This document shows, piece after piece, positions 1 through 15,578 of a stretch of DNA of 64,000 bases. Numbering within the stretch: the first letter of the stretch is position 1; each line of letters begins with the position of its first letter. The notes under the pieces are model-generated. The model searched no databases and was not told the origin of the DNA. It worked only from the letters and a program-made list of their open reading frames with translations. Location: NCBI RefSeq assembly GCF_009914755.1, contig NC_060926.1; one strand, written 5' to 3'. A program made the translations under genes and the position numbers. This DNA comes from the human T2T-CHM13v2.0 reference genome, Homo sapiens.

Positions 1-337
1 TAAGAGTTTGACTTCCCAAGAAGTTTCATCAAATCCCTCTACTTCAGCTCAGCAGGCATTACTTCTTCTGATTTGCAAGGGACCATGTGGATTCCACGTC
101 CCTCAACATCACAAGAGAAGGGCCAAGCTGGGAACAACAGACAAACGGCAGAGTGGCCTCTCCATGATCCCTTGGAGAAGCCAGGGCTTATCAGCTGAAA
201 GTCATGATCACCTTGACACCATCTGGACTGTTTTCACTCATTTCTTTTGTTTGCGATTTTCTGTTCGGTGAAAAGGTGGCAGTTGAAGGTTGGATTACAT
301 GAACATTGAATCAGGGGCATGCTTTGTTAATTGCTAG

Positions 338-1047
<710 letters not shown>

Positions 1048-1118
1048 TAGCCATAGGTAATTATAGGCGTAGAGGCATCTGGAAGAAAGTACACCTGTCA
1101 TCAACAGTTAGTACAATT

Positions 1119-1415
1119 GTTTTGTCTTTGTTTTTTTAGAGATAGGGTCTTGCTCTGTTGCCAAGGCAACAGTGCAGTGGTGTGATCATAACTCACTGCA
1201 CCTTCAAACTCCTGGGCTCAAGCGATACTCCCACTTTGGTCTTCTCAGTAGCTGGAACCATAGGCATGTGCCATTGCACCCAGCTATCTGTTTATTTGTA
1301 GAGATGGGGTCTCTCTCTGTTGCCCAGGCTGGTCCCAAACTCCTGGCCTCAAGCGATCCTCCCGCCTCACCTCCCAAAGTGTTGGGGTTATGGGCGTGAG
1401 CCACCATGCATGGCC
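1119..1415 (-). mobile_element. AluJ
   Basis: Diverged Alu with gt(a/g)caattgt flanks. Confidence 0.88.
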
Positions 1416-2249
1416 TGGTGGTGCAATTGTGAGTGAGTTTATTTCTTTTTGCATTCCTTTTTTTTTTTTTTACTACCTGAATTCCATACATTACCAGTTC
1501 TATTTTTGAAAAACTGAAACTATTTTCACTTAGGGAGGAAATCCTTAAGCTACGATTGAAATTTAAGCTATGAAAAGACATTTGAAAATCACCCAAATAA
1601 AATATTTTTAGGATCCCTTGATCATCTCTTTAGTATGGGACAAAAATATCCCCAAAATTAAGCATTTAGGCTTAAAAAGCAGAAACAAATCATGAGGAAC
1701 TTCACTAAGAAAGGACCACACGTTTGCTGAACTGGAAAAAAACAGATTTATGGAGGTGCAAAATAAAGGATGTCAGCACTAAGCAAGTCCAGTTTGCCTC
1801 AGCGGGCAGGAACTGGGTTGCTCCCTTTCTGTGGAAGCCTCACTGGGCTTCCAAAGAGATGGTGAGTGAATCCCAACGGACAAAGGATGACAGAGGCCCC
1901 TCCCTTCAGAAGGCTCACACTTTCTCACCTGATCTGTTCTGGCACTGCAGCTTCAGCTAGAGACACAGGGTGTCACAAATAGCTCCCCACACTGAAGCCA
2001 CCCAGCCAATGGTGAGCGCGCACACACACGCACACATAGCCTCCGTTCAGTTAAGCAAACGAGACCCTCTCCTTAATTCAATTAACTTACATAATGTGAA
2101 TGCTTGTGTTAGAATAATAAAACTACAGACATGCCCTACTTACCAAAATTGCTTATGTGGATATTCCTGTATGCATGCTTTCTTTTTTCTTTATAACACT
2201 AATCATGAGACATGTGATTCTTCATAAGTTTTTTACTTTTGAATTACAC

Positions 2250-2385
2250 GTTTGTCTTGTCTCCCCCACTAGAATGCAGATTCCATGCAAGCAGGGGTCT
2301 CTGCTTTGCACACCACTGTCTTCACAGTGCCTAGGAAGGGAAGAGGCATATAAAGGGCATCCATATCTGTTTACTGAATAAATAC
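2250..2385 (+). mobile_element. L2 3' end fragment
   Basis: tctcccccactagaatg...cagtgcctag...tgaataaat resembles the L2 terminus. Confidence 0.6.
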
Positions 2386-2750
2386 GCAGTTTCTTATGAG
2401 GGTTTCGGAGGCGATGGTGGTTATAGGCCTTCCTCCAAGGCTTTTGTTGGCAGGCCATCACAAGGCTGGCCTGTCTTCTTCTGTCCTGTGGCTCCCTCCT
2501 CGTTCTCCTTTTTCATCTCCTAAGAGTTAGGATCCCCAGGGCTTAACAATTTGATACTCTTCTCACTCAGGCTGCCAGGAACAGCCTCCGCATCATGGCT
2601 TCAGCAACCACCTTTATGCAGAAAAGGCCTGACTTTCAAAATTATATTTTTCTACCCACATATTAAAATGTAACAGATTCTTCTTAAAGAGCCCATATGA
2701 AGAAATAATTCTTTTTTGTGTGCTTTTTAAAATGATAAATAATCGTACAC

Positions 2751-3012
2751 TTTTTTTTTTTTTTTGAGACGGAGTTTCGCTCTTGTTGCCCGGGCTGAAG
2801 TGCAATGGCACCATCTTGGCTCACTACAACCTCTGCCTCCTGGGTTCAAGTGATTCTCTTGCCTAAACCTCCCACGTAGCTGGGATTACAGGTGCCCGCC
2901 ACCATGCCCAGCTAATTTTTGTATTTTTCAGTAGAGACAGGGTTTCACCATGGTCTCAAGCTCCTGACCTCAGGTGATCCGCCTGCCTTGGCCGCCCAAA
3001 GTGCTGGAATCC
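2751..3012 (-). mobile_element. AluS (slightly truncated)
   Basis: Alu consensus with poly-T. Confidence 0.9.
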
Positions 3013-3450
3013 TACATGTTTATGGAATACATGTGATATTTGGATACATGCATACAATTTACAATGATCAAATCAGGGTAATTAGGATATCCATCACCTC
3101 AACCATTTATCTTTTTTTTTTTTTTTTTTGAGACAAGGTCTTACTCTTTTGCCCAGGCTAGAGTGCAGTGGTGCAATCATGGCTCACTGCAGCCTTGACC
3201 TCCCGGCTCAAGCAATTTTCCCACCTTAGCCCTCCAAGTAGCTGGAACTATAGGTGTGCACCACCATACCCAGCTGATTTTTTTAATTTTTAGTAGAGAC
3301 GAGGTCTCACTATGCTGCCAAGGCTCATTTATCATTTCTTTGTGTTGGGAATATTTCAAATCTTCTCTTCTAGTTACTTTGAATTACACAACAAATTACT
3401 GTTTACTATAGGCACCCTACTATGCTATCAAACACTAGAACTTATTTCTG
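3013..3450 (-). mobile_element. L1MA-type 3' end interrupted by a partial AluJ (3112-3325)
   Basis: tacatgtgatattt...gatatccatcacctc L1MA motif; catttatc repeated either side of the Alu. Confidence 0.75.
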
Positions 3451-4100
3451 TATTTTCAATAATTCTTAAGGCCCTAATGAAGAAATATAAGGGCAAATTT
3501 GGGCTTTCAGTCAATTTGTAAGACATTTAACTTCTTCAAAATTAAGAATTAACCATTTAATGTAAGAGTAGAATAAATGCCATAAAGCAGTACATGATGA
3601 ATTGCCAAATTAACTATACAGATAATTACTGGTGCATGAGTAAGGCACTGATATTTATTGAGAGGGATAAGCCGACATATGATCTAGTGAACCTAAAAAA
3701 ACTTATATCACTGGATTGCTGTCTGCATTTAACCTGCCAGAGGACACACATGGGTAGACACAGAGCTGAGAACTCCAGCCCACATCTATGCACCTCCACA
3801 CCCATACTTTTCCAGCAGCAGGGTGGTCAGAATGGGGAGGACCTGGAACAAGAGGAGGGTATTTGTAATGTCGGGAGGGGGCTGCTTTCTAAAATAGTGA
3901 AGTCACACCAGGGCACAGACGGTTATAAACAAAAATCTGAAGTTGGGAAAGCAGAGAATAAACCAACATAGCTGCAGTGGACTGTGTGGGAAGGCAAGCA
4001 GGTGCAGCTTATAGGCTAATATGGCCAGCAGAGCACACTCTGTGGGGTGGGAGGATTCCAAGAGCAGAAGGACTTCCCAGCACAGCAGGAGACAATCCTA

Positions 4101-4886
<786 letters not shown>

Positions 4887-6589
4887 TCACCGTTGGAGTT
4901 TTGTGTTTGAGAGGAAGAATTCCACTTGGCAAAGGAGAACGGAAGACAAGGCAGGAAGCCTTACCTCAGCCAAGAAGACAGTGTTGGGATGCATGCAGGT
5001 TAAAGCCGCCTAGCGACCACATGCAACAGCTACAACTACAGCAGCGGCATGGGGCGGCCGAGAGGAGGCAAGACATGGTTTGCTGTGGGCAGACAGAATG
5101 AAGGGGCCAAGCAAGTCCTGCCCCAAGGTGGGGCTGGGGGGTGCAGGCAGGACGAGAGCAGCGTTGTGGCCCTGCTGTGGCCACTGAATGTTGGCTGCTA
5201 CTAGAACACGGGTGTCCCCTTCTCTGCACATCTGCCTTCCATCCCCAGACACTGAATGACTGACATGTTAAAGGCTGGCCCCCTCGCCTGGAGATGGGAC
5301 CACCGTGAGAGCAATTCAAGTTCCCGAGCTCTGGGCTGAGACCATGGCTTTGCTCAGCTCTGCCCAGGCCTACTCTCTTCATCCTGGGAACTCCCTCAGC
5401 AAATCAGGAGTCAAGTTGGGTTAGCAAGGTCAAGGTAGATTAAGGTAAAGGTCAAAAAGATCATGGATGATGAAGGGCCCTGGAGGATTTTATTCAGGAA
5501 GGGGACATGAAACGTGGAGAAAATCATGGGGCAGCAGTGGGGACAAGGGAGGAGGGAGGCTACTGAGGGGCTACCACAGCACTCTGGGCACCACAGGCTC
5601 AGCACGGACAGGACCTGGGATGGATCAGATGAGGCGAGAGTCAAGGGAGAGGATGACTCAGGTCACAGGGAGGAAAGAGGAGCCCTCTGTAGAGAGAGGC
5701 CATGAAGAGGAGAAAATGCCATGGAGACACTAAGTTCAGCTTGGCCTTGCAGAGTCCCAAACGCCTGTGGGCTGCCAGGTCGGTAAATCCCACAAACAGC
5801 TAAGAACCAGGCCTGACGCCCCAGGAGGGACCTTAGCTGGAGCATCAGGAGAAAACAAAAAAACAAAACAAAAAAACAACCACTGGAAGAGGCTGCAAAG
5901 CATACAGATTCCCACACTTCATCCCCAGAATGTCCCCCCTGGTGGTAGGTCCAGGTGAGGACGCTGACTGTGCATGTTAACCAAGTTCCCCAGTGTTATG
6001 TGGGTGCAGCACTTTGAGAAATCCTGCCCACCAGCAAGTTTCTCACAGCTGGAGGAAAGCCGTGTAATTAACAACAGATTTTTAGCCTACATATTTTCAG
6101 ATTCTCCTACAAACTGAGCAGAGTTATGAGGACCTACCTTCTGCAATGAAAAAAATTAAAATGTTGCTGTGTGAACGCACAATCAATACTGTACTAATTT
6201 TGACCATCAACCAAGATGCAAGCACTTCAGTGATTCTCGTGCTTTTTAATCTACTTCAAATCTACTATTCCTCTAGTGTTGAGAACACATCATTACTGTC
6301 ATTCAATTGCCTGCTTTTTATAAATGTAAAAGTGTTAAGGCAATTAATTCTGAGCCCTTGGACTATATGAACATTCTCTAAAACTATAATGTTCCCAGCA
6401 CGCACGATGGGATTTCTCCAAGACTTTACTGAAGAGGTAAAGATGTCAAGAGGGCAGTTACTCTCAGAGCCCAGTTCCGCTTCCACCTATCTCACACTCT
6501 CCTCCTCACTCCATGTCAACCAAGGGGGCCTCGTGCTCGACTTGCCCTTCCTCTGCTGCCTCTCTGGATGGCTCCCTCCCCACCATCTC

Positions 6590-6860
6590 CGTTCTGGTTT
6601 TCATTCAAAAGTTGCCTTCCTTGACCACCCTCTGTAAAACACGACTTCCACCCCCTCACTTTCCTGCTTTACTTCATAGCATTCATTGCCACTGATACAT
6701 ATTTGCCTATTCTCTGCTCTCCCTACTAAAATATAAGACTCCCAGCTTAGGGACTGTGTCCATTTTGTTCGCTGCTGTAATCCAGGAACCTAAAAAGTAC
6801 CTCGCATATAAAAGGCATTTAACAAGCACCTGCAGAGTGAATGAACAGACGAATGAATGA
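6590..6860 (+). mobile_element. L2 3' end fragment
   Basis: ccttccttgaccacc...ttttgttcgctgctgta...gagtgaatgaa. Confidence 0.65.
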
Positions 6861-7135
6861 TCAGTGGCCTGCAACTAGATCCCCACACAAAGTTAACCCA
6901 AATTCACCACGGTCCTAACAAGAGACCACTGTGAAGACCAGACCTTCCAGGTGTCCAAGTATCATAATCATTGGGCATTTATTCAATGTCCAGATGGCAC
7001 CAGGCAGATGGAAAACAGGGATTGAGATACTTTTTCAAACAAGACCCACCATATGTGTTTGTTGAGGGGAGGCTAGGGGAACAATATAAAATGACTGTCT
7101 CCCCCCCACCATGGAAGAAAATGGCAAACGGATCT

Positions 7136-7433
7136 TTTTGTTGTTGTTTTTGAGACAAGGTCTCGCTCTGTCAGCCAGGCTGGAGTGCAGTGGCGTGATC
7201 ACAGCTCAGTGTAACCTCGAACTCCTAGGCTCAAGTGATCCTTCTGCCTCAGCCTCCCGTAGCTAGGACGATAGGTGTATACCACCACACCCGGCTACAT
7301 TTTTAATTTTTTTGTAGAGATAGAGTCTAAGCTTTATTGCCCAGGCTGGTCTCAAACCCCTGGCCCCAAGCAATCCTCCCACCTCAGCCTCCCAAAGTAC
7401 TGGAATTTGCAGGCGTGAGTTACCACACTTGCC
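7136..7433 (-). mobile_element. AluJ
   Basis: Diverged dimeric Alu. Confidence 0.88.
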
Positions 7434-8513
7434 TGATTTTTTTTTTTTTTTTTTTTAAAGAGAAGAGCAAAGAGATGAAATACTCAACTGTTTGGCTATT
7501 TGATAACAGCCAAATCACTCAATCTCTTTGAGGATGTTTGGTAATCTGTAGAAAGCAGGGTTGGGTGACAACATTTCTATGGCTCCTTCCTCCAATAAAA
7601 TGTTACGATTCTCACTCATCTACATTTCAAAGGAAGAACAAGAAACATGAAGCTTAGCTTACTCAATTGATGCTAATATGTTATAGCCATCTAGGGGAGA
7701 AAACCAGAAAGCTGGAATAAGTGGGAGAAGTGGATTTAAGACAATAAAAATGAAAGAGAGTGGGGGAACACTGGGGCGGAGAAAACAGAGTGGAGGTTGA
7801 GAGACAGGAAATTCTGGGAAGGGGGAACTGGAAGGAAAAGACAGGAACAGGAAGAGAAGCCCCAGCACTGTTCTTCTTTCTGTTTCCCGGGGCTAGGGAG
7901 TTTCAGAGGAACTCCTCTTTGCGAATTCTTATAAGCAGACCTACCCACAAAGCGATTACAGGCAGCACCTCAGAGATCCTCCTCTGATTCCAAGACCTGC
8001 CGCCTGCTCCCCTCCCCACAGGAGAGGTTCCAGCCAGAAGCGTAGAAGGTTGCCCTAAACTAGGTTTTAAAAGTGGGGCTGAGGAAGGACCCTCTTCATC
8101 ATGCAGGACATAATAAATTCGTGATTTCTGCCAAAACATACAACCTGAGTTCTGTCAAGGTAGTGGAGAGACCCATCTTTAACTGGCAAATGCTGAGGAT
8201 TTGGGTAAAATGCACCCTCCAAGAGGTCCACCAAAGCACCCTGGTGAAGTGCACTGATCTCTGGGCATAAACACCCTCAAATGTGTTTAAATATATTTTA
8301 AAACTTATATTCTGCCTGGGAAGCCTCTTTCAGGGGCAGCTGTAGGGCTAGTCTAAACCAGGTAAATGTATGGGTCAGAGTTGGTTGACCAGATGCCTGA
8401 GGACAGCTACAAGGACTGCAGTCCCCTAAAATAGCAGTGGCAATGGGTGGTTGGGGGCTGGAAGGAACCTTCAGGTTCAGCAAAGCCACACTGTTAAGTG
8501 TTCCTCCACCCTG

Positions 8514-8830
8514 TTTTCTTTTCTTTTTCTTTTTCCTTTTTTTTTTTTTTTTTTTTGAGACGGAGTCTCACTCTGTTGCCCAGGCTGCAGTGAGGTGGCA
8601 TGATCTCGGCGCCGCAACCTCCGCCTCCCAGGTTTCAAGGGATTCTCCTGCCTCAGCCTCCAGAGTAGCTGGGATTATAGGTGCGTGCCACTGCACCCAG
8701 CTAATTTTTGTATTTTTAGTAGAGACGGGGTTTCACCTTGTTGGCCAGGCTGGTCTTGAACTCCTGACCTCAAGTGATCTGCCCACCTCAGCCTCCCAAA
8801 GTGCTGGGAGGTGTGAGCCACCACGCCCGA
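8514..8830 (-). mobile_element. AluS
   Basis: Alu consensus with poly-T. Confidence 0.9.
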
Positions 8831-9002
8831 CCCTCTACACTGTTTCCTGATGGTACCAGAGGAGACAAAACAAATTCTGCAAGAAAGCTCAGTGCTGTGG
8901 GCGTGACTTCTATAATGACCACGGAAAGGGCAGACACTGAAAAGCCCTATGGTGGCTTCTGATGCTAGACTGGCCACAGCACCCAAGACCTGGAGGCTGC
9001 AG

Positions 9003-9815
9003 TTTTTAAACTTTATCTTGAAATAATTTCAAACTTAAAGTTGCAAAAACAGCATAAAGAATTTCCATCTGCCCTTTAACCAGACTCCCCAGTTGTTACC
9101 ATTTTACCACATTTGTGCTGCCATTCCATTGGTATACTGTGTGCATATTTATTGGACCATTTGAAACTTGAAGACATGATGACACCTACCCCTAAATATT
9201 TTAGTATTTCCTAAAAACAAAGACATCCCCTTTAAACAACCACAGCATAATGATAATTAGGAAATTAACACTGATTCAGTACTGTTACCTAAATACCTTA
9301 TATAAATTTCTCCATTAGTCCCAGTGATGGCCTTAGAACAAAAATAGCAAGAATATATGTCATTTTCTTATTTTCTGTTACAGGGTCCAGTCCAGGATCA
9401 TTTGGCATTCACTGTTATGTTCCTTTAGCCTTCTTTAATCTGAAACCGTTCCTTTATCTTTCATGACCTTGGCATTTTTGAAAAGTACAGCCAATTATTT
9501 TGTAGAAAGTCCCTCAACTGGAGTTTGTCTAATGTTTCTTCATGATTAGATTCAACTTATGCATTTTTGGCTGGAATATCACAGAAGTGATCCTGTGCGC
9601 TTCTCAAAGCACTTCTCAGGAGGCATGTGATGTTGATTTGATTAAGGGTTAAGGTGGTAGATGCCAGGTTCTTCCACTGTCGAGTTGACTATTTTCCCTT
9701 CGTAATTAATAAGTGACTTGATGGGAGATACTTACAGACTAAGTAAATATCCTGTTTATCATCAAATCTACTTGTTTCAGTATCCACCAGTAGATTCTTG
9801 CAGGAGAAGGATATG
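9003..9815 (-). mobile_element. Old L1 (L1MC-like) 3' region
   Basis: ttgaaataatttcaaactt...aagttgcaaa...catgattagattca motifs. Confidence 0.65.
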
Positions 9816-10719
9816 ACTCTGTGAGGTCAAACAAATTCAAACCTCAGGAATGAAACTAGGGCTGGATAAAACAGTAGGTGATGAACAAAAATTAACATGT
9901 AAGACTCCTATCAGACTTAATTTCCCCATTTATGTTCACTCTTAGCTATTAAGAAAAAAAAATAACCTTTAGATTTTCTTTTGAGAATACAGTATATATG
10001 AGTTGGGAGTATGGTAATTTCTCTATTGGTGCTTCCATGTCTGCTAGAAACTTAGCCCTTCAATTCACAAAGTGTCCAGTGGCAGCAAGAAGAGACACCC
10101 AGGTCCAGAGAGCTAACAGCTGGAGCCATCCTCACACCAATGCCTGATTTTCCAAGGGCAACGCTGCATGGCTCAGCTTGGTGATTCCCAGCTCACTGTG
10201 GCACAATGTAGGCAGCTACATTTAAAAACAAGAACTCTACTCTCAACTGATGACCAGGTTTAGAAACTCTGATTTGCCTTACCCAAGAAATATTTTAAAA
10301 ACCCTGTTAGGACACAAGTAGAAATTTCAGAAAATAATATAAGAACAGAACATTTAAAAATCACTGTTATCTTACAACCCAGTGATACCCACTGTTAACA
10401 TTCTGGTCTGTATTCTGTCAGCCTCTGCTCTTTGCATAGATATACTATCATGACGGGGGTCATGCTATCTACACCAGCCTCATTCAAGGTGCATTCCACT
10501 CGGGAATGAAGTCCTACAAAAAAGAACAGATTTTTCTCAATTCTCCCAGGAATGATCTATAACTAGAATCATTCCAGAAGCAAGGAGAGAAGTTAATTCA
10601 TAACATACAATGGTCGCCTGACAGTATTGGGACAAAAGTCTCTTGTAGAACCTCAGTTGAGAAGGGCTGGTCTGTATGGTTGTCTAATTTTCTTTGTTTA
10701 CCTAACAATCCTTTAAATA

Positions 10720-11170
10720 AAAATTTCATAAGCTTCTTCCATACACCAAGCACTGGGAATATAAAAATAAATAAGACACAGCCGCTTTCCTCTTTAAATG
10801 AATAATCCAGCTAGGAAAACTGAAAATGCCCAAATACTCGAAATACCAAATAACGCTGTGATAGAGGAGCTACAGTAGACCTTGTGCATCCTGGGCAGGA
10901 AACCACAGGCTCCATCAGAGGAAATCAGGGAGGCCTCCCTGAGGAGGTTATGTATGAATGGGTCCTCGAAGAATGACTAAGACTCTGGAGACAGGACAGA
11001 GAGAGGAGGCGGCATTCCAGACAGAAGGAAGGTAATGCCAAGACACACAGAGAGAGGTGTGTGCTCGGGCCAGATTACAGGGGCCTGGGGAACAGTGGGC
11101 AGAAGACGCAGCTAGGAAGGAACCAGGCTCTCTTATGTTACACAAAGGAGGATGGCCCTAAGTGGTTCTT
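10720..11170 (-). mobile_element. L2 fragment
   Basis: aagcactggg...ataagacacag...cagggaggcctccctgaggagg...ggcattccagacagaaggaa. Confidence 0.55.
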
Positions 11171-12616
11171 AAGTAGGAGAGTGGTGAGCTCATACTGGCA
11201 TGAAAGAGGCCAAGGGACAGGGTAATCAAAAGACCACTGAGATCAGTGCAGTGAGGGGTGACGGAGGAGCTGAGCCACAGCCAGAAAGGCCGGAAGGTGG
11301 CCAACCAAGAGATGTGGAGGAGGAAGGTGCCACAGGACTTGGTGCCCAAGCCAGGAGGGGCTATTATTATAGCACTGGGCCAGCCAAGACCCATCCTGTG
11401 TAACAAATTCAGGTGGCTAAAGAGGGGAGTCGCAGGGGAGAAGGTATGCAAGAAGGCTTCAAATGTTACTGTTTCTCAAAATGATTTAATGGTGAAGGCA
11501 GGGGTGTCCCTCAAAGAGAAAGAGGCCAGAGGGAGCAAGACATGACACTAGGGGTAAACTGAAGAAATTGCCCCTAGAACTGCCCCTCCCCCTGGGGTCC
11601 CATCAAGCTTTTACATAATAGCTTTCCTGTGGTGGGCCTGTGTGACAGCACATTATACACGCAGAATCTGCTATGAGAGAACAACTCTGTGGCAACCCCA
11701 TGAATACCCCAAATAAGGCAAAATCTAGAAGCTAAATGTTTAATGGAACATTTCCCTCTTAACCCAAAGGAAATACAAGTAGTTGGGCTGAATAAATAAT
11801 ACTTAACAGGAGAAAGTGAAAGTCAGCAGAACTGACAGTTAACAAAAAGCAATTCTGGGACCCAGTACCCAAAGGCTCCAACATATGGGCCTTTTACTAA
11901 ACTTGAGCAGAATGGGGAACACAGGGTATCAGATGATGGGAAAGTTTGTGGGCAATTTCTAAAACAATGAAGATCCCACTGCCGCAGAAAGCATAAGGTG
12001 AAAGTTCTTAAGGTTTTGGACTATAAAAGTGATATCACCAAATAGGATCTTAGAAATATTCTTCAGGGAACAGCTGTCCAGGTGGATGGGAAGGGAAGAT
12101 AGGGAATTTGCTAGGCAGTTTTTTCCAATAACCCATGGTATTCAGTAATCCTGTATGTCTTATAGGAACAGAAGAACCAGAGGAGTCATAGAAAGCCCCA
12201 AATCAGAAAATAATGACCCTAGAAAAGGAACTGGAGGGACAGTGACTGGGACAGTGACAACCCGGAGTTTGGCAGGACCTGGCAATTTAGGGTTGGAAGG
12301 AGAGGGAGGAATTGTACAGGAGACAAAAGGAGATTTTGTTTGGGCTGCTTAAAACTCAGAACAAGTTACATTTCCATTTCTAAAACCAACAACATATATT
12401 CAGGTCTAACTAAAACATATAATTTTCTTTTACACCCCACTCACATCTCTTTTACTGTTGGCTCTGAAATTCTGGGAAACCAGCATTTGGGCAGGCTCCC
12501 CAACAGACATAACAGTTTTTAATTATACAACCCATTTTTGATCAAATAGGAGTATGTGCCTGGGGAGATAGCAACAAGAAACACACGCACTGTCCCTCCT
12601 TGAAAAAGCTCTCATA

Positions 12617-12930
<314 letters not shown>

Positions 12931-13022
12931 TTAAAAAATAGACAAGTAGGTCTATTTTAACTTATCTATGTTGGACATGCGGGCAGAGTGTCAGATGATG
13001 TTTCAGATTTGGGGTGTATGTG

Positions 13023-15578
13023 TGATATGGTTTGGCTCTGTCCCCACCCAAATCTCAACTTGAATTGTATCTCCCAGAATTCCCACGTGTTGTGGGAGGG
13101 ACCCAGGGGAGGTAATTGAATCACGGGGGCTGGTCTTTCCTGTGCTATTCTCATACTGAATAAGTCTCATGAGATCTGATGCATTTATCAGGGGTTTCTG
13201 CTTTTGCTGCTTCCTCATTCTCTCTTGCTGCTGCCATGTAAGAAGTGCCTTTTGCCCTCTACCATGATTGTGAGACCTTCCCCAGACATGTGGAACTGTA
13301 AATCCAATTAAACCTCTTTCTTGTATAAATTGCCCAGTCTTGGGTATGTCTTTATCAGCAGTGTGAAAATGGACTAATACAGTAAATTGGTACCAGTAGA
13401 TGGGGCGTAGCTGAAAAGATACCTGAAAATCTGGAAGCAACTTTAAAACTGTGTAACAGGCAGAGATTGGAACAGTTTGAAGGGCTCAGAAAAAGAAAGG
13501 AAAATGTGGGAAAGTTTGGAATTTTCTGGAGGCTTGTTGAATGACTTTGCCCAAAATGCTGATAGTAGCATGGACAATAAAAATCCAGGTTGAGGTGGTC
13601 TCAGATGGAGATGAGGAACTTGTTGGGAACTGAAGCAAAGGTGACTCTTTTATGTTTTAGCAAAGAGACTGGCAGCATTTTGCCCCTGCCGTAGAAATGT
13701 GTGGAACTTTGAAGTTGAGAGAGATGATTTAGGGTATCTGGTGGAAGAAATTTCTAAGCAGGAAAGCAGTCAAGAGGTGACGTGGGTACTGTTAAAGGCA
13801 TTCAGTTTTAAAAGGGGAACAGAGCATAAAAGTTGAGAAAATTTGCAGCCTGACTATGTGACAGAAAAGGAAACCCCATTTTCTGGGGAGAAATTCAAGC
13901 CAGCTGCAGAAATTTGCATAAGTAGCAAGGAGACTAATGTTAATCCCCAAGACCCTGGGGAAAATGTCTCCAGGCAATGTGAGAGACCTTCACAGCAGTC
14001 CCTCCCATCACAGGCCTGGAGGCCCAGGAGGAAAAAGTGGTTTCATGGGCTAGGCCCAGAGTCCCCATGCTGTGTGCAGCCTAGGGACTTAGTGCCCTGT
14101 GTCCCAGCCACTCCAGCCGTGGCTGAAAGGGGCCAATGTACAGCTTGGGCTGTGGCTTCAGAGGGTGGAAGCCCCAAGCCTTGGCAGCCTAGTCAAGAAC
14201 TGAGGTTTGGGAACCTCTGCCTAGATTTCAGAAGATGTATGGAAACACCTGGATGCCCAGGCAAAAGTTTGCTGCAGGGGCGGGGACCTCATGGAGAACC
14301 TCTGTTAGGGCAGTGCAGAAGGGAAATGTGGGGTCAGAGCAGCCACACAGAGTCCCTACTGGGGCACTACCTAGTGGAGCTGTGAGAAGAGGGCCACCGT
14401 CCTCCAGACCCCAGAATGGTAGATCCACTGACAGCTTGTACCGTGTGCCTGGAAAAGCTGTAGACACTCAACACCAGCCCATGAAAGTGGCTAGGAGGGA
14501 GGGCGTAACCTGCAAAGCCACAGGGGCAGAGCTGCCCAAGACCATGGAAACTTACCTCTTGTATCAGCATGACCTGGATGAGAGACATGGAGTCAAAGGA
14601 GATCATTTTGGAACTTTAAGATTTGGGCCAGGTGTAGTAGCTCACACCTGTAATCCTAGCACTTTGGGAGGCCGAGGTGGATCACTTGAGGTCAGGAGTT
14701 CAAGACCAGCCTGGCCAACATGGTGAAACCCCATCTCTACTAAAAATACAAAAAAAAATTAGCCGGATGTGGTGGCACACACCTGTAATCCCAGCTACTT
14801 GGGAGACTGAGGCAGGAGAATCACTTGAACCCAGGAGGCGGAGGTTGCAGTGAGCTGAGATCGCACGCCATTGCACTCCAGCCTGTGCAACGGAGAGAGA
14901 CTCTGTCTCAAAAAAAAAAAAAAAAATTGACTGCTCCACTGGATTTCGGACTTGCATGGTGCCTGTAGCCCCTTTGTTTTGGCCAATTTCTCCCATTTGG
15001 AATGGCTATCCCAATGCCTGTACCCCTATTGTATCTAACTTGCTTTTGATTTTATAGGCCCATAGGCAGAAGGGACTTGGCTTGTCTCAGATGAGACTTT
15101 GGTCGGTGGACTTTTGGGTTAATGCTGAAATGAGCTAAGACTTTGGGTGAGTGTTGGGAAGGCACGATTGGTTTTGAAATGAGAGGACATGAGATTTGGA
15201 GGGGCCAGGGGAGGAATGCTATGATTTGGCTCTGTCTCCACCCAAATCTCAACTTGAATTGTATCTCCCAGAATTCCCACATGTTGTGGGAGGGACCCGG
15301 GGGAGGTAATTGAATCATGGGGGCCGGTCTTTCCCATGTTATTCTCATGATAGTGAATAAGTCTCATGAGATCTGATGGGTTTATCAGGGGTTTCTGCTT
15401 TTGCTTCTTCTTCCTTCTCTCTTGCCTCCACCATGCAAGAAGTGCCTTTTGCCCTCCACCATGATTGTGAGACCTTCCCCAGCCACGTGGAACTGTAAGT
15501 CCAATTAAACCTCTTTCTTTTGTAAATTGCCCAGTCTGGGGTATCTCTTTATCAGCAGTGTGAAAACGGACTAATACA
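13023..15578 (+). mobile_element. Full-length THE1A-type MaLR element (LTR 13023-13381, internal region, LTR 15217-15578)
   Basis: Two similar ~360-bp TG...CA LTRs, a THE1 internal region, and a perfect 5-bp TSD ATGTG (13018-22 / 15579-83). Confidence 0.93.
14626..14926 (+). mobile_element. AluS inserted in the THE1 internal region
   Basis: Full Alu interrupting ...tttaagatttg / attgactgc... Confidence 0.93.

Noticed and set aside
2015-2037. gcgcgcacacacacgcacaca Z-DNA-prone tract
   Set aside because: Short and very common in the genome.
5931-5948. CTCF-like CCACCAGGGGGG on the minus strand
   Set aside because: Lacks the conserved GGC end and sits in a probable MER5-type relic; too weak without ChIP data.
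15474-15487. PRDM9 13-mer hotspot motif in the THE1 LTRs
   Set aside because: The copies read ccttccccagacat, ccttccccagccac and cctccccgccac; none fits CCNCCNTNNCCNC. The near match actccctagccac at ~58884 also fails position 1.
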